Virus record (IMG/VR): IMGVR_UViG_2718218355_000003
Span: 1 to 33,888 of that record
Origin: a virus
Lineage: Duplodnaviria; Heunggongvirae; Uroviricota; Caudoviricetes
DNA length: 33,888 bases
Strand: one strand, 5' to 3'
In this document: positions 8,945-17,967 of the stretch, in pieces
Layout: each line of letters starts with the position of its first letter
How positions within the stretch are numbered: position 1 is the first letter of the stretch
Notes under the pieces: model-generated
Seen by the model: the letters and a program-made list of their open reading frames with translations, nothing else
What the model was told of the DNA's origin: nothing
The model's database searches: none
Made by a program: the position numbers and the translations under genes

Positions 8945-8982
8945 AAAAAACCGCTAATGGTCAGATTAGCGGTTTTCATTTT
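8945..8982. terminator. bidirectional intrinsic terminator between convergent U and invertase genes
   Basis: A-run, 8-bp stem CCGCTAAT/ATTAGCGG with 6-nt loop, then T-run; overlaps the invertase stop codon. Confidence 0.5.
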
Positions 8983-9565
8983 CCTGAGTCTGCCCGGTTG
9001 TTTCTTCAGTCTGTATATCGCCTACAGGGTGATAACGATAAATCGTCGATGTGCCAATGCCGTAAATTATTGCCAGTTGTTTTCTGTCGTGCCCGTTTTT
9101 GATTAGCCTTGCTATTTGCTCATGCTGTTCTTTTGTCAGCTTCGGTCGACGTCCGCCTGTGCGCCCCCTTGCGCGCGCTGCCGCCAGCCCGGCCAGTGTA
9201 CGTTCAACAATTAATTCACGTTCCATTTCAGCCAGGGCACCCATCACGTGGAAGAAAAAACGCCCCATTGGAGAAGATGTGTCTATGCTGTCGGTCAGAC
9301 TGCGAAAATTAATCCCTCGCTCCCGTAGTTCCCCGACGAGAGAAATCAGATGTTTCATGCTTCGCCCGAGGCGATCCAGTTTCCAGACAACCAGCGTGTC
9401 ACCTTTTTGAAGGCGCTTTAAAGCGCGTTTTAATCCCGGTCGGTCTGTCTTTGTCCCGCTTAATTTATCTTCAAATATTTGTTCACATCCTGCACAAACA
9501 AGAGCGTTTCGTTGCAGGTCTGTATTCTGGTCATTTGTTGATACCCTTACATAGCCAATCAGCAC
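8966..9565 (-). CDS. serine DNA invertase (Hin/Gin/Cin/Pin family)
   Basis: LIGYVRVSTNDQNTDLQRNAL... N-terminal catalytic-serine motif and C-terminal HTH (GIGTSTIYRY). Likely GTG start at 9565; the track ORF starts at a TTG at 9583. Confidence 0.85.
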   Translation of the reverse strand: MLIGYVRVSTNDQNTDLQRNALVCAGCEQIFEDKLSGTKTDRPGLKRALKRLQKGDTLVVWKLDRLGRSMKHLISLVGELRERGINFRSLTDSIDTSSPMGRFFFHVMGALAEMERELIVERTLAGLAAARARGRTGGRRPKLTKEQHEQIARLIKNGHDRKQLAIIYGIGTSTIYRYHPVGDIQTEETTGQTQENENR

Positions 9566-9619
9566 ACTGAATCTCCCGTCCAAAAGCGCAAATCATGCCA
9601 TGCAGGCCAGAAACGGCCA

Positions 9620-9645
9620 TTATTTAAAACCTCGGTTTACGAGAA
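9620..9645. other. inversion crossover site (hix/gix-like 26-bp site), left
   Basis: TTATTTAAAACCTCGGTTTACGAGAA is an inverted copy (about 20/26 identical, shared 12-bp core ACCTCGGTTTAC) of the site inside gene H at 12298-12323, and resembles the remembered Mu gix site. Confidence 0.6.
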
Positions 9646-10341
9646 CTCGGCACAAGCGGGGAGAAAATACCGTTACTCAGTACAGCGAATACCTGGACCA
9701 ATCGACAAACATTCAGCGGTGGCCTTTCTGGGGAACTGTCCGGCAATGCCGCTACTGCAACAAAGCTGAAAACAGCACGAAAAATTGCTGGAGTTGGTTT
9801 TGATGGTTCTAGCGATATTTCAATTAGTGCCAAAAATGTCAATGCATTTGCACTCCGACAAACAGGTAATACTGTTAATGGTGATACATCCGTTGGATGG
9901 AATTGGGATAGTGGTGCATATAACGCCCTGATTGGTGGTGCATCTGCATTAATTCTTCACTTTAATATAAATGCTGGTAGCTGTCCTGCCGTACAATTCC
10001 GTGTGAATTATAAAAATGGTGGCATTTCCTACAGGTCGGCTCGTGATGGTTATGGGTTTGAATTAGGTTGGTCAGATTTCTATACCACGACACGAAAACC
10101 TTCAGCGGGAGATGTTGGTGCATATACGCGGGCAGAATGTAACTCAAGGTTTATTACAGGTATTCGCCTTGGCGGTCTGTCATCTGTTCAGACATGGAAT
10201 GGTCCCGGCTGGTCTGACAGGTCAGGTTATGTCGTTACGGGTTCAGTTAACGGAAACCGTGATGAATTAATTGATACAACACAGGCAAGGCCAATTCAGT
10301 ATTGCATTAATGGGACGTGGTATAACGCGGGGAGTATTTAA
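9631..10341 (+). CDS. alternative tail-fibre C-terminal cassette (start-less, silent in this orientation)
   Basis: Frame open from the crossover site with no start codon; begins NLGLRELG... (H has YLGLQET at the crossover) and ends ...RPIQYCINGTWYNAGSI, paralleling the H C-terminus ...RPIQKYINGTWYNVAQV. Confidence 0.7.
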   Translation, partial: LGLRELGTSGEKIPLLSTANTWTNRQTFSGGLSGELSGNAATATKLKTARKIAGVGFDGSSDISISAKNVNAFALRQTGNTVNGDTSVGWNWDSGAYNALIGGASALILHFNINAGSCPAVQFRVNYKNGGISYRSARDGYGFELGWSDFYTTTRKPSAGDVGAYTRAECNSRFITGIRLGGLSSVQTWNGPGWSDRSGYVVTGSVNGNRDELIDTTQARPIQYCINGTWYNAGSI

Positions 10342-10343
10342 CG

Positions 10344-10877
10344 ATGATGCACTTAAAAAACATTACTGCTGGCAACCCTAAAACAAAAGAGCAATACCAG
10401 CTAACAAAGCAATTTAACATCAAATGGCTTTATTCAGATGATGGAAAAAACTGGTATGAGGAACAAAAGAACTTTCAGCCTGATACGTTGAAAATGGTCT
10501 ATGACCACAACGACGTTATTATTTGTATTGAAAAGGATGTTTCAGCAATTAATCCAGAAGGCGCAAGCGTCGTTGAGGTTCCTGATATTACAGCAAATCG
10601 CCGGGCTGATATTTCGGGTAAATGGATGTTCAAAGATGGCGTAGTGATAAAGCGAACTTATACCGAGGAGGAACAGAGGCAGCAGGCAGAGAATGAAAAG
10701 CAAAGCCTGTTGCAACTTGTCAGGGATAAAACCCAGCTATGGGACTCACAGCTACGGCTGGGCATCATTTCCGACGAGAATAAACAAAAATTAACCGAGT
10801 GGATGCTCTACGCGCAGAAAGTCGAATCCACAGACACCTCCAGCCTGCCAGTAACATTTCCCGAACAACCTGAATGA
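10344..10877 (+). CDS. alternative tail-fibre assembly chaperone (Tfa, G-like)
   Basis: 177 aa; N-terminal ~110 aa nearly identical to the minus-strand Tfa at 10906..11433 ([22 protein letters not shown]...), C-terminus diverged. Confidence 0.8.
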   Translation: MMHLKNITAGNPKTKEQYQLTKQFNIKWLYSDDGKNWYEEQKNFQPDTLKMVYDHNDVIICIEKDVSAINPEGASVVEVPDITANRRADISGKWMFKDGVVIKRTYTEEEQRQQAENEKQSLLQLVRDKTQLWDSQLRLGIISDENKQKLTEWMLYAQKVESTDTSSLPVTFPEQPE

Positions 10878-10880
10878 GAC

Positions 10881-10910
10881 AAGGCCCTCTATCGGGCCTT
10901 AATTTTTATT
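10881..10910. terminator. hairpin between the two convergent tail-fibre assembly genes
   Basis: AGGCCC-TCTATC-GGGCCT stem-loop followed by TAATTTTTATT. Confidence 0.4.
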
Positions 10911-11433
10911 CAGGCTTTTGTGGCCATTCAGGATTTGCCGTATCCACACGGTTGACCAGAACACTGTAACGTTCCCATGCTTCCAGTCGTGTGCGTTCCT
11001 CGTCTGTTGCCATATTCAGCCTGACAGCGCGTTCCAGCGGCTGGATGACTGATTCAGCTTCGGAAAGCAATGCGGTCTTTTGTGATTCTGCCTGTTGTTG
11101 CTGCTCATCTGTCGTATAAATCCGTTTAACCACAGTTCCGTCCTTAAACATCCACTTCCCTGAATCATCGGCACGACGATTGGCTGTTATATCTGGAATC
11201 TCAACGACACTAAAGCCTTCGGGATTAAGCGTTGAGGCATCTCTGGTGATAGCGACAATAATATTATTTTCATCGTAAACAATCTTTATTGTGTCTGGCT
11301 GAAAGTTCTTCACTTCCTCATACCAGTTTTTTCCGTCTTCGGACCATAACCAGATAACATCAAAATTCTTTGTTAGCTGATATTGCTCTTTTGTTTTTGG
11401 ATTACCTGACTTAATGTTCTTTAAATGCTGCAT
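10906..11433 (-). CDS. G: tail-fibre assembly chaperone G (expressed orientation)
   Basis: 175 aa directly downstream of H on the same strand; Tfa-family N-terminal region. Confidence 0.85.
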   Translation of the reverse strand: MQHLKNIKSGNPKTKEQYQLTKNFDVIWLWSEDGKNWYEEVKNFQPDTIKIVYDENNIIVAITRDASTLNPEGFSVVEIPDITANRRADDSGKWMFKDGTVVKRIYTTDEQQQQAESQKTALLSEAESVIQPLERAVRLNMATDEERTRLEAWERYSVLVNRVDTANPEWPQKPE

Positions 11434-11436
11434 AAC

Positions 11437-13587
11437 TTACACCTGCGCAACGTTATACCATGTGCCATTGATGTATTTTTGTATCGGCCTGAAGATGGCT
11501 TCATCATCGCCATCTACTTCACCAATGATTCTTAATCCGGTAATCGTGTGTCCGGCTTTTTCATAACGACCACCTCGCGCCATCAATTGAACAACTCGCG
11601 TACCCAGGCGAACATCTTTCACATAGCGGGAATCAAAATTTCCCCAGTTGCTGGGTTGCATCTGACCGTTAACAGCAAATATTACCGAGTTATCTGTATT
11701 TCGCTGGCTATAGAAATGCCATCCGGCCTCATCGCCTAACTCTGCAACCACTGGACGGGTGGAAGCACCCCATAAATTAAAGGTAATATTCTTCGTGGAT
11801 GTATTAGAGCTGGATAGCGAGAACTTTTTACTATCACCTGCCTGAATATTTTTAAAAGCAATAGCAACTCCATTCTGAAAGCGGAATACTCGCTGACTAT
11901 TAGCGTAAACATCCAGAATACCATCACCATTCTGTTTGAATCCGGTGTCATTATCACCAAGAACAATAGAGCTACCACCTAACGCATTCGTCGTACCAAC
12001 TCCAAGACTGCCATTAATGACGGCATTTACCAGAATATTTAGTGCATCCCATTTCAGCGTCATCAGGTCTTTTGTTGTGGTGCTCTGGCGGCTTCTCCAT
12101 TTGAAATATTCATTGCCGTTGTCGCCTGTTTCAAACCACATGTATGAATCAGTGTCACCATCAGCATCATTTTTAAATCCAATCTTCGCCCAGTCAGTAT
12201 TTCGAATCCAGGCAAGGATTGAGTCATTTTCAAAAGTAAGCCCACCGGACAAGGTATCGCCATTTTTTTGCACGGCGTTACCAGCCCTGTTTACCGTTTC
12301 CTGTAAACCGAGGTATTCGATAACGGCGGCAACGGTCGATTTCGCAAGAATATCCCGCCCGATTTTTGTCAGAGTTGCCAGGCTGGCGACATCATTCCCC
12401 GTAAAATACGGAAACCTGTCTGCCGCAGTAGCAAGCCCGGCCAGCGCCGTCAGGGTGGCATCTTTCGGTTGCTTACCCGCAAGCGCGTTAGTCATGGTGG
12501 TCGCAAAATTCGGGTCGTTGCCCAGCGCCGCAGCCAGCTCGTTCAGCGTGTTCAGTGCATCAGGTGACGAATCTACAAGGGCGGCAATTGCAGCCATAAC
12601 GAAAGCCGTGCTTGCGATTTGGGTATTATTCGTTCCCTGTCGCGCAGTTGGTGTTGTTGGCGTTCCGGTCAGCGCCGGGCTGTTTAATGGGGCTTTCTTA
12701 TTTGTTTCATCCATTACCGCCTTAACCGCTTTCGATGTCGCGGCCAGTGTTTCAGACGTGCTGTTGGTGGCACTACTGAGCTGGACAATCCCTTTTTGTG
12801 CTGTCGTGGCGTCCTGAGCGGTATATTTTGCGTTAGCAAGATCATACGCGGCCTTTACTGCTTTCGGCGTTGCAGCCTGCGTTTCAGACGTGCTGTTGGT
12901 GGCGCTACTGAGCTGGACAAGGCCTTTTCGCGTCGTGCTGGCATCCTGCGCAGTATATTTACCGTTAGCAAGATCATACGCGGCCTTAACCGCTTTCGGC
13001 GTTGCAGCCTGCGTTTCAGACACGCTGTTAGTGGCGCTACTGAGTTGAACAAAGCCTTTTGCGGTCAGCGAGGCGTCCGGGTGACGTCGTGACTGTTCAT
13101 GCTCTTTCAGTTTGTCATCCACGTAATCCACTGTGGCCATCACCATGGTGTTATTCACGGTAAGCGCCACGGTGGCCGTGCTGGATACGGTCAGAATGGT
13201 GCGAAATGTTTGTGCGCGTCCGGACCCTTCGGCAACGATTGGCTTGTAACTTTCGGCAGTATTGCCCACCGCGATCAAATCGCCGTGCTCATCAAACACA
13301 CCAATTTCCCGGATCCAGAATCCGCCCGTTTCAGGAGGAATAAGCAGCTCCGCAATAATGCGGTTCTGATGTGTTGCGTCCAGGATGACGCGATTAACAG
13401 TATGTCGCCACACCTCATGCACCAGACGGGTCTGCTTACTGTCTGGTGTGGGCAACGTGCCGCCACCGTCGCCCACGGCCATATGAGTCAGGCGAACAGG
13501 CTTACCATCTGGCGCGGCTGCCTGAGCTAATTTTTTGGCACCTGTATCGGTGATAACGGTTTTAAATTTTCGTGTTGTGGTACTCAT
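11437..13587 (-). CDS. H: tail fibre protein H (constant N-terminal part plus invertible C-terminal part)
   Basis: 716 aa in the P2 gpH position; internal tandem ~41-aa repeats; C-terminal third lies inside the invertible segment. Confidence 0.85.
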   Translation of the reverse strand: MSTTTRKFKTVITDTGAKKLAQAAAPDGKPVRLTHMAVGDGGGTLPTPDSKQTRLVHEVWRHTVNRVILDATHQNRIIAELLIPPETGGFWIREIGVFDEHGDLIAVGNTAESYKPIVAEGSGRAQTFRTILTVSSTATVALTVNNTMVMATVDYVDDKLKEHEQSRRHPDASLTAKGFVQLSSATNSVSETQAATPKAVKAAYDLANGKYTAQDASTTRKGLVQLSSATNSTSETQAATPKAVKAAYDLANAKYTAQDATTAQKGIVQLSSATNSTSETLAATSKAVKAVMDETNKKAPLNSPALTGTPTTPTARQGTNNTQIASTAFVMAAIAALVDSSPDALNTLNELAAALGNDPNFATTMTNALAGKQPKDATLTALAGLATAADRFPYFTGNDVASLATLTKIGRDILAKSTVAAVIEYLGLQETVNRAGNAVQKNGDTLSGGLTFENDSILAWIRNTDWAKIGFKNDADGDTDSYMWFETGDNGNEYFKWRSRQSTTTKDLMTLKWDALNILVNAVINGSLGVGTTNALGGSSIVLGDNDTGFKQNGDGILDVYANSQRVFRFQNGVAIAFKNIQAGDSKKFSLSSSNTSTKNITFNLWGASTRPVVAELGDEAGWHFYSQRNTDNSVIFAVNGQMQPSNWGNFDSRYVKDVRLGTRVVQLMARGGRYEKAGHTITGLRIIGEVDGDDEAIFRPIQKYINGTWYNVAQV
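12298..12323. other. inversion crossover site (hix/gix-like 26-bp site), right, inside H
   Basis: TTCCTGTAAACCGAGGTATTCGATAA closely resembles the remembered Mu gix site; encodes the conserved LGL tripeptide at about H residue 426. Confidence 0.6.
12700..13071 (-). repeat. three tandem ~123-bp coding repeats within H
   Basis: Protein repeats ...QLSSATNS(V/T)SETQAATPKAVKAAYDLAN(G/A)KYTAQDA... three times; the DNA repeats are nearly identical. Confidence 0.8.
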
Positions 13588-13589
13588 GC

Positions 13590-14120
13590 TTAATCGTCCG
13601 GATAAATGGTAATAACTTCACCGTCATAAGTTGCCGCCGCTGCGAAAATATCCCCCGGAATTTCCTGAATGATATTCAGCCCTGTCATGTGGCGGCTGAC
13701 CGGACGGGCATCAGCAATCAACCGCTCCATTTCCAGATACATTTCCTCCGTCACGCCACTGTCCAGTGTGCCCACTTCAACGGTAAATGTTCCCGGTTCT
13801 CCGCCGAACTCCCACCACTCAGACACGCGAATGAGGTATCCCAGCGGTTCAATGGCCCTGCGCAGTGCGCTGATGGTCCCTTTGTGTCGGTGTATCAGCC
13901 ATGCATCACGAATCACCTGTCGTTTTGTCTCTTCCGGCCAGTTGCGATCCCAGCGGTCAACGGAAAACGCCCAGGCGAGATAAGGCAGCAGATGCACCGG
14001 GCAGGTATCCGGCGACCACAGCGTGTTGAGGTCTACCGGGATGTCTGTAATGCGCGTTCCGACAGCTTCGGCACAACGCATGAAACTGCTGGCTGATGGT
14101 GGTAACAGTGAATTACTCAT
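13590..14120 (-). CDS. I: baseplate protein I
   Basis: MSNSLLP...LWSPDTCPVHLLPYLAWAFSVDRWD matches P2 gpI; start set at this ATG, overlapping the J stop. Confidence 0.85.
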   Translation of the reverse strand: MSNSLLPPSASSFMRCAEAVGTRITDIPVDLNTLWSPDTCPVHLLPYLAWAFSVDRWDRNWPEETKRQVIRDAWLIHRHKGTISALRRAIEPLGYLIRVSEWWEFGGEPGTFTVEVGTLDSGVTEEMYLEMERLIADARPVSRHMTGLNIIQEIPGDIFAAAATYDGEVITIYPDD

Positions 14121-15009
14121 TGCGCCCACCTTCGCTGATGGTGAACGACTCACAGCGCGCCGCCTGTATGTCGCTGATGGCCATATTCTGTGTGGGTTCG
14201 ATTATCTCCACGCGTTGCACACCGTGCACATGCAGTGCGGCAGCAATGGCGGACAACGCCACGTCCTGACCGATAAGCCCCTGCTCAGCCAGCCACTTCC
14301 TGAACGACGATTCCGCCGCAGCCAGAATAGGTTCGGATTCCGGGCCGGGGTAAAAGTACAGTTTTGCATTCAGCCGCCATGTCACGATTCTGGCGCTCTG
14401 TACGGTCAGGCGGTCGGCCACCGGGCGGGTGTCCTCTGCATTCAGAACGGCGCGAACGGTATTAAGCAACGCCTCCGTTGCTGTGCCGTCGCCTTCAGTG
14501 GACAGAATGGAAACCGTCACATTTGCCGGAGACGGACTGATAGCCCGCGCATCACGCACCAGACCGCTGGCGCTGCGTGCAAAATACTCGTATGCACCTG
14601 ACGGGCCAGCAACACTCAGGCCGTCGTACGCCCGCTGCGCCCGCAGTCTCAGCGAGGTGTCGCTCTCCATCACCGCGTCGGTGGTATCCGTTGCCGGAGT
14701 GATAACCAGGCGTTTTGTGTTCATATTGCCCGCGAGGTTGTCCAGGTCTGTCCCGGCGCTGTGGCTTAACATGCAGGCGCGTGCCCCCTCGTTAACCCGC
14801 TGGCGTAACAGCATTTCACGAAACGACATGGTTTGAGCGATAACGTTAAGGGGTTCCGATTCCAGCTCCAGCGCGGCGGAAACGGCTTCACGCTGTTCGG
14901 CGGGATAAGCCGCAATCATCATGGCCTTTGTGTCAGCCAGAATTGCCTCAAAGTCAGGCTCCGCGATGATGGCGGGGTCCGGTAACTGTGAAAGGTCAAC
15001 GGCGGGCAT
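14113..15009 (-). CDS. J: baseplate wedge protein J
   Basis: MPAVDLSQLPDP... resembles P2 gpJ (MPIIDLNQLP...); 298 aa. Confidence 0.88.
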   Translation of the reverse strand: MPAVDLSQLPDPAIIAEPDFEAILADTKAMMIAAYPAEQREAVSAALELESEPLNVIAQTMSFREMLLRQRVNEGARACMLSHSAGTDLDNLAGNMNTKRLVITPATDTTDAVMESDTSLRLRAQRAYDGLSVAGPSGAYEYFARSASGLVRDARAISPSPANVTVSILSTEGDGTATEALLNTVRAVLNAEDTRPVADRLTVQSARIVTWRLNAKLYFYPGPESEPILAAAESSFRKWLAEQGLIGQDVALSAIAAALHVHGVQRVEIIEPTQNMAISDIQAARCESFTISEGGRNE

Positions 15010-15012
15010 GAT

Positions 15013-15363
15013 TTACTCCCTCAGCGTGATGGTTAATTCAACATTCTGCATGGTCTGCATGACAGTGCCCGACAGCGTCACCCCGGCGCGGCCTCCCGCT
15101 TTCCAGACAACGTCGATGGCATCCAGGGCAATGCGGGGTTCCCATCGTGTCAGCGCAATCACGGCAGCACTCATGCATTGCAGACGCGTGGTGTTATTCA
15201 TGGGTTCGTCAATCAAATCAGGCACAAGGCTGCCATATTCCCGTCGCATAACCCGGCTTGCCAGTGGGGTGGTCAGGATGTCCCTGACTGACTGTTTCAG
15301 GTGCTCCATATCGTTCAGGTTTCCCGTTCCGTCTGGGTTCATTCCTGTGTAGCGGGTTGTCAC
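15013..15363 (-). CDS. W: baseplate protein W (gp25-like)
   Basis: (V/M)TTRYTGMN...SRVMRREYGSL matches P2 gpW. GTG start overlapping the V stop (GTGA). Confidence 0.85.
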   Translation of the reverse strand: MTTRYTGMNPDGTGNLNDMEHLKQSVRDILTTPLASRVMRREYGSLVPDLIDEPMNNTTRLQCMSAAVIALTRWEPRIALDAIDVVWKAGGRAGVTLSGTVMQTMQNVELTITLRE

Positions 15364-15941
15364 TGCGGGCCTCCTGTCGAATCGCTGCCACCTTTCACGC
15401 CACCGTGTTTATGTGTATGCACGGTAATGCCGTTTGAGGTGAAATCGCCGCCGCTGTGCGTGATATTGCCGCTCATCTTTCCCCCTTTTGTGACGTCAAG
15501 CGTCGCCGTTCTCAGAAGGTTTGTGCATTCCACGACGGGCGTGTCCAGTGTCACGCTGACGGATGCCTGTAAAGTGGCCGTTTTCATGCCGCTGGCGCTC
15601 AGTGCGCCTGCGTCCGCGTCGTAGCGGAACACCGCGCCGTCCGGCGCGCTGATCACGATTTCTTTCAGGCTTTTGCCGGGGGCCGGACTGGCATCACTCC
15701 ACAGGCTGCCAATTATCATGGCGGTTTCCGGGTTGCCGCCAATGCAGGCAATTACCACCTGTTCGCCTGGTGATGGCGGCAGCCACACATTGAAGGCTCC
15801 CGCGCGCGTGGTGTTCCAGCGCAACCAGCCTGTCTCCAGTTCGCCGCTGCGAACGCGCACGCGCCAGGACTTCTCATCAACTTCAGAGATGATCCCGGTG
15901 CGGATGATATTGCTCAGCAGTCGCATGAGTTCTGCGCTCAC
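15360..15941 (-). CDS. V: baseplate spike/assembly protein V
   Basis: IRTGIISEVD...VHTHKHGGV motifs as in P2 gpV. Start GTG at 15941 (coupled to the S stop) or ATG at 15926. Confidence 0.85.
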   Translation of the reverse strand: MSAELMRLLSNIIRTGIISEVDEKSWRVRVRSGELETGWLRWNTTRAGAFNVWLPPSPGEQVVIACIGGNPETAMIIGSLWSDASPAPGKSLKEIVISAPDGAVFRYDADAGALSASGMKTATLQASVSVTLDTPVVECTNLLRTATLDVTKGGKMSGNITHSGGDFTSNGITVHTHKHGGVKGGSDSTGGPQ

Positions 15942-16582
15942 CGTACAGCCTCCGCAATCCGGCCCAGCACCGTGTTATAAATCAGGCGTTCATCTGCCTG
16001 ACTGATGCCCAACAGCTCACGTACCGGGTAATCGGTGAAAATGCCCGGCGCAACCTGATCGCGCTCACCGAACTGATGAACGCGTGCAATACGTGCAGCC
16101 ACGCCGCTGTAACCCACCGTCACCCCGGAAGTATCCGCACGGGCTTTCAGGTAGCGGGCGGTGCGCAGTTTTACGAACATGGGGACGCGCTTTGTGCTGT
16201 CCTGGTTGATGCGCCGGGTGCGTATTTCCAGAAAGCGGTCGATGTCATCCCGGTAAAACGTGCGGATATTGTTTTTATCCTCATCCCACCCGGTGATGGT
16301 TCGCCCGTATTTCCCCGTGTCGTGATGCCAGTTTTTCAGCGTGCGTGCTTCGTTATTCCAGATAAAGCGAATGCGTTCCTGTATCCGGGTTACGCGGCGT
16401 CTGCGTGGTGTCCATGCGGTCCCGTCCGGCGCTTTCTGTGACCGGATACGTGCCTGCTGGGCGCGACGTAAATCCTGTGCCAGCTTTCTGGCGATGTTAT
16501 TGATGGCCTGCTGATTCAGGCTGTCGCGGATGGCCTCAAAGGTTTCATCCACGCGGGTGAATGCCTTATCCATCGCTTTCAC
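15938..16582 (-). CDS. S: tail completion / virion morphogenesis protein S
   Basis: Position between R and V; PDGTAW motif similar to P2 gpS, but at 214 aa it is longer than P2 S. Start ambiguous (GTG 16582 or ATG 16573). Confidence 0.7.
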   Translation of the reverse strand: MKAMDKAFTRVDETFEAIRDSLNQQAINNIARKLAQDLRRAQQARIRSQKAPDGTAWTPRRRRVTRIQERIRFIWNNEARTLKNWHHDTGKYGRTITGWDEDKNNIRTFYRDDIDRFLEIRTRRINQDSTKRVPMFVKLRTARYLKARADTSGVTVGYSGVAARIARVHQFGERDQVAPGIFTDYPVRELLGISQADERLIYNTVLGRIAEAVR

Positions 16583-17033
16583 CCCACGTCACATCCTGGA
16601 ATACATGCGACCAGTCGCCTTCGGAAGATGGCAGGCGGGGTTTTGGCTCCGGCAGGTGTTCTGCCTGCGGTGTGCCCTGACTGCTGCGCGTGATGCGAAC
16701 GCGTTCCCGCAAGGGGAGCGTAAACAGGAGATCGGCGCTGTCATCGTCATTGATAACGGCGGAGAATTTGATGTCCTGATTACGCTCAGGGTTGAGCAAC
16801 AACTGTGGCTGATTTTGGGATAACCACGCCAGCAGCGGCAGCGTGAGGTCATCCAGCTCCCCGGCGTAATCCATGACAAACATCACCATCTGATAGCGGT
16901 AAACAAACGATGGGGTTTCTCCGGTCGTTTCAATGTTGCCGCTCTCCACGAAAATGGTGAATTTTTCCGGGTTGGCCTGACACCATCGGCATGAACGGGT
17001 CATGGCTTCACGCAGGGAATCAGTTTTCAGCAT
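16566..17033 (-). CDS. R: tail completion protein R
   Basis: MLKTDSLREAM... resembles P2 gpR (MLKPDSLRRAL...); 155 aa; ATG start. Confidence 0.88.
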   Translation of the reverse strand: MLKTDSLREAMTRSCRWCQANPEKFTIFVESGNIETTGETPSFVYRYQMVMFVMDYAGELDDLTLPLLAWLSQNQPQLLLNPERNQDIKFSAVINDDDSADLLFTLPLRERVRITRSSQGTPQAEHLPEPKPRLPSSEGDWSHVFQDVTWGESDG

Positions 17034-17310
17034 GGTTGTTATCCTCGTTGTTCAGTCGTTGCAGCCTGCGCTGTTCCAGTAATTCAATGGCCCGTTTATC
17101 CGCGTTACAGGTTTCCAGTGCATCCAGAAGGCGGTCGCCCCATATACCGAGATTTCCCCATGTGGGAGTATCAGGGAAGGGGGGAGGCGTTACCGGTATG
17201 GTCAGCGTCTGCGGTATAAGCCGGACTGACGGCGCTGGCCGTGGCGCGTTCTGCGTGCCTGCGCAGCCTGTCAGTAAAACGAGCGTCAGGCAAAGCGTGG
17301 GCGCATTCAT
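17020..17310 (-). CDS. o-spanin (outer-membrane lipoprotein, LysC/Rz1-like)
   Basis: MNAPTLCLTLVLLTGCAG: signal peptide with lipobox LTGC, Pro-rich body. Lies in a different frame overlapping the 3' end of the i-spanin gene. Confidence 0.7.
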   Translation of the reverse strand: MNAPTLCLTLVLLTGCAGTQNAPRPAPSVRLIPQTLTIPVTPPPFPDTPTWGNLGIWGDRLLDALETCNADKRAIELLEQRRLQRLNNEDNNHAEN

Positions 17311-17578
17311 CTTTTGCAATATCGTTGCGTAGCTGTTCACGTCTTACCTCTCCGTCCTGATTGCGTTGCTGATTTTCCACGCGGAGTTGCGCCAGCACCT
17401 GCTGCATATCCTGTACCCCGGCGCTGATAATATTCAGGGTGTCGGCGGTACTTTTCAGGGTGCTGGCCTGCGCTTCGTTTCTGGCGTTCTCCCGGCCCAG
17501 CGACCACGACAGACGCATGGATGTTCCCCATCCAGCAATCAGAAGGAAAGCGACGCCCAGCGTGGGCCAGAGCTTCAT
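17171..17578 (-). CDS. i-spanin (LysB/Rz-like)
   Basis: MKLWPTLGVAFLLIAGWG N-terminal TM anchor followed by coiled-coil-like periplasmic domain. ATG overlaps the endolysin stop (ATGA). Confidence 0.7.
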   Translation of the reverse strand: MKLWPTLGVAFLLIAGWGTSMRLSWSLGRENARNEAQASTLKSTADTLNIISAGVQDMQQVLAQLRVENQQRNQDGEVRREQLRNDIAKDECAHALPDARFTDRLRRHAERATASAVSPAYTADADHTGNASPLP

Positions 17579-17967
17579 GCCGGATAGGCTCCGTGTGGTA
17601 ACTGAAAATGCGGTCCGTCTTTCAGGGTCTTCCAGTCGCCGCCCCATTCCACCGGAATATTCAGTTCCCGGCTGGCCTGTCTGAATGCTGCTGCGATTTT
17701 TTCGTACAGCGGCCATTCCCATGACACCTGGCTACCGATATAAGCCACAACATCCACGGCATGTCCCGTAAGGTGGCGGCTGTTCATGGTCTGGCTCTTA
17801 CCTGTGGCCACAAGTTGCTTCTGGCGGTAACGGCTGCGCAACCCTTCTGTGATACCAAAATCCACTTCCGAAATTTCCAGTGCCCGTCGGGTCACTTTCA
17901 CCAGATCAGGATTTACGCCCTGCAAATTCTTTTCGCTCCGGCTGCTGAATTTAAATGTGTTGCTCAT
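17575..17967 (-). CDS. endolysin, peptidase M15 family (L-alanyl-D-glutamate endopeptidase type)
   Basis: SRHLTGHAVDV and DGPHF motifs typical of zinc M15 peptidases; 130 aa. A different fold from the P2 K lysozyme. Confidence 0.8.
   Translation of the reverse strand: MSNTFKFSSRSEKNLQGVNPDLVKVTRRALEISEVDFGITEGLRSRYRQKQLVATGKSQTMNSRHLTGHAVDVVAYIGSQVSWEWPLYEKIAAAFRQASRELNIPVEWGGDWKTLKDGPHFQLPHGAYPA

Noticed and set aside
12700-13071. Possible CRISPR-like array suggested by near-identical ~123-bp tandem repeats
   Set aside because: The repeats are in-frame coding sequence of tail fibre H, lack the short-repeat/unique-spacer architecture, and no cas genes are present.
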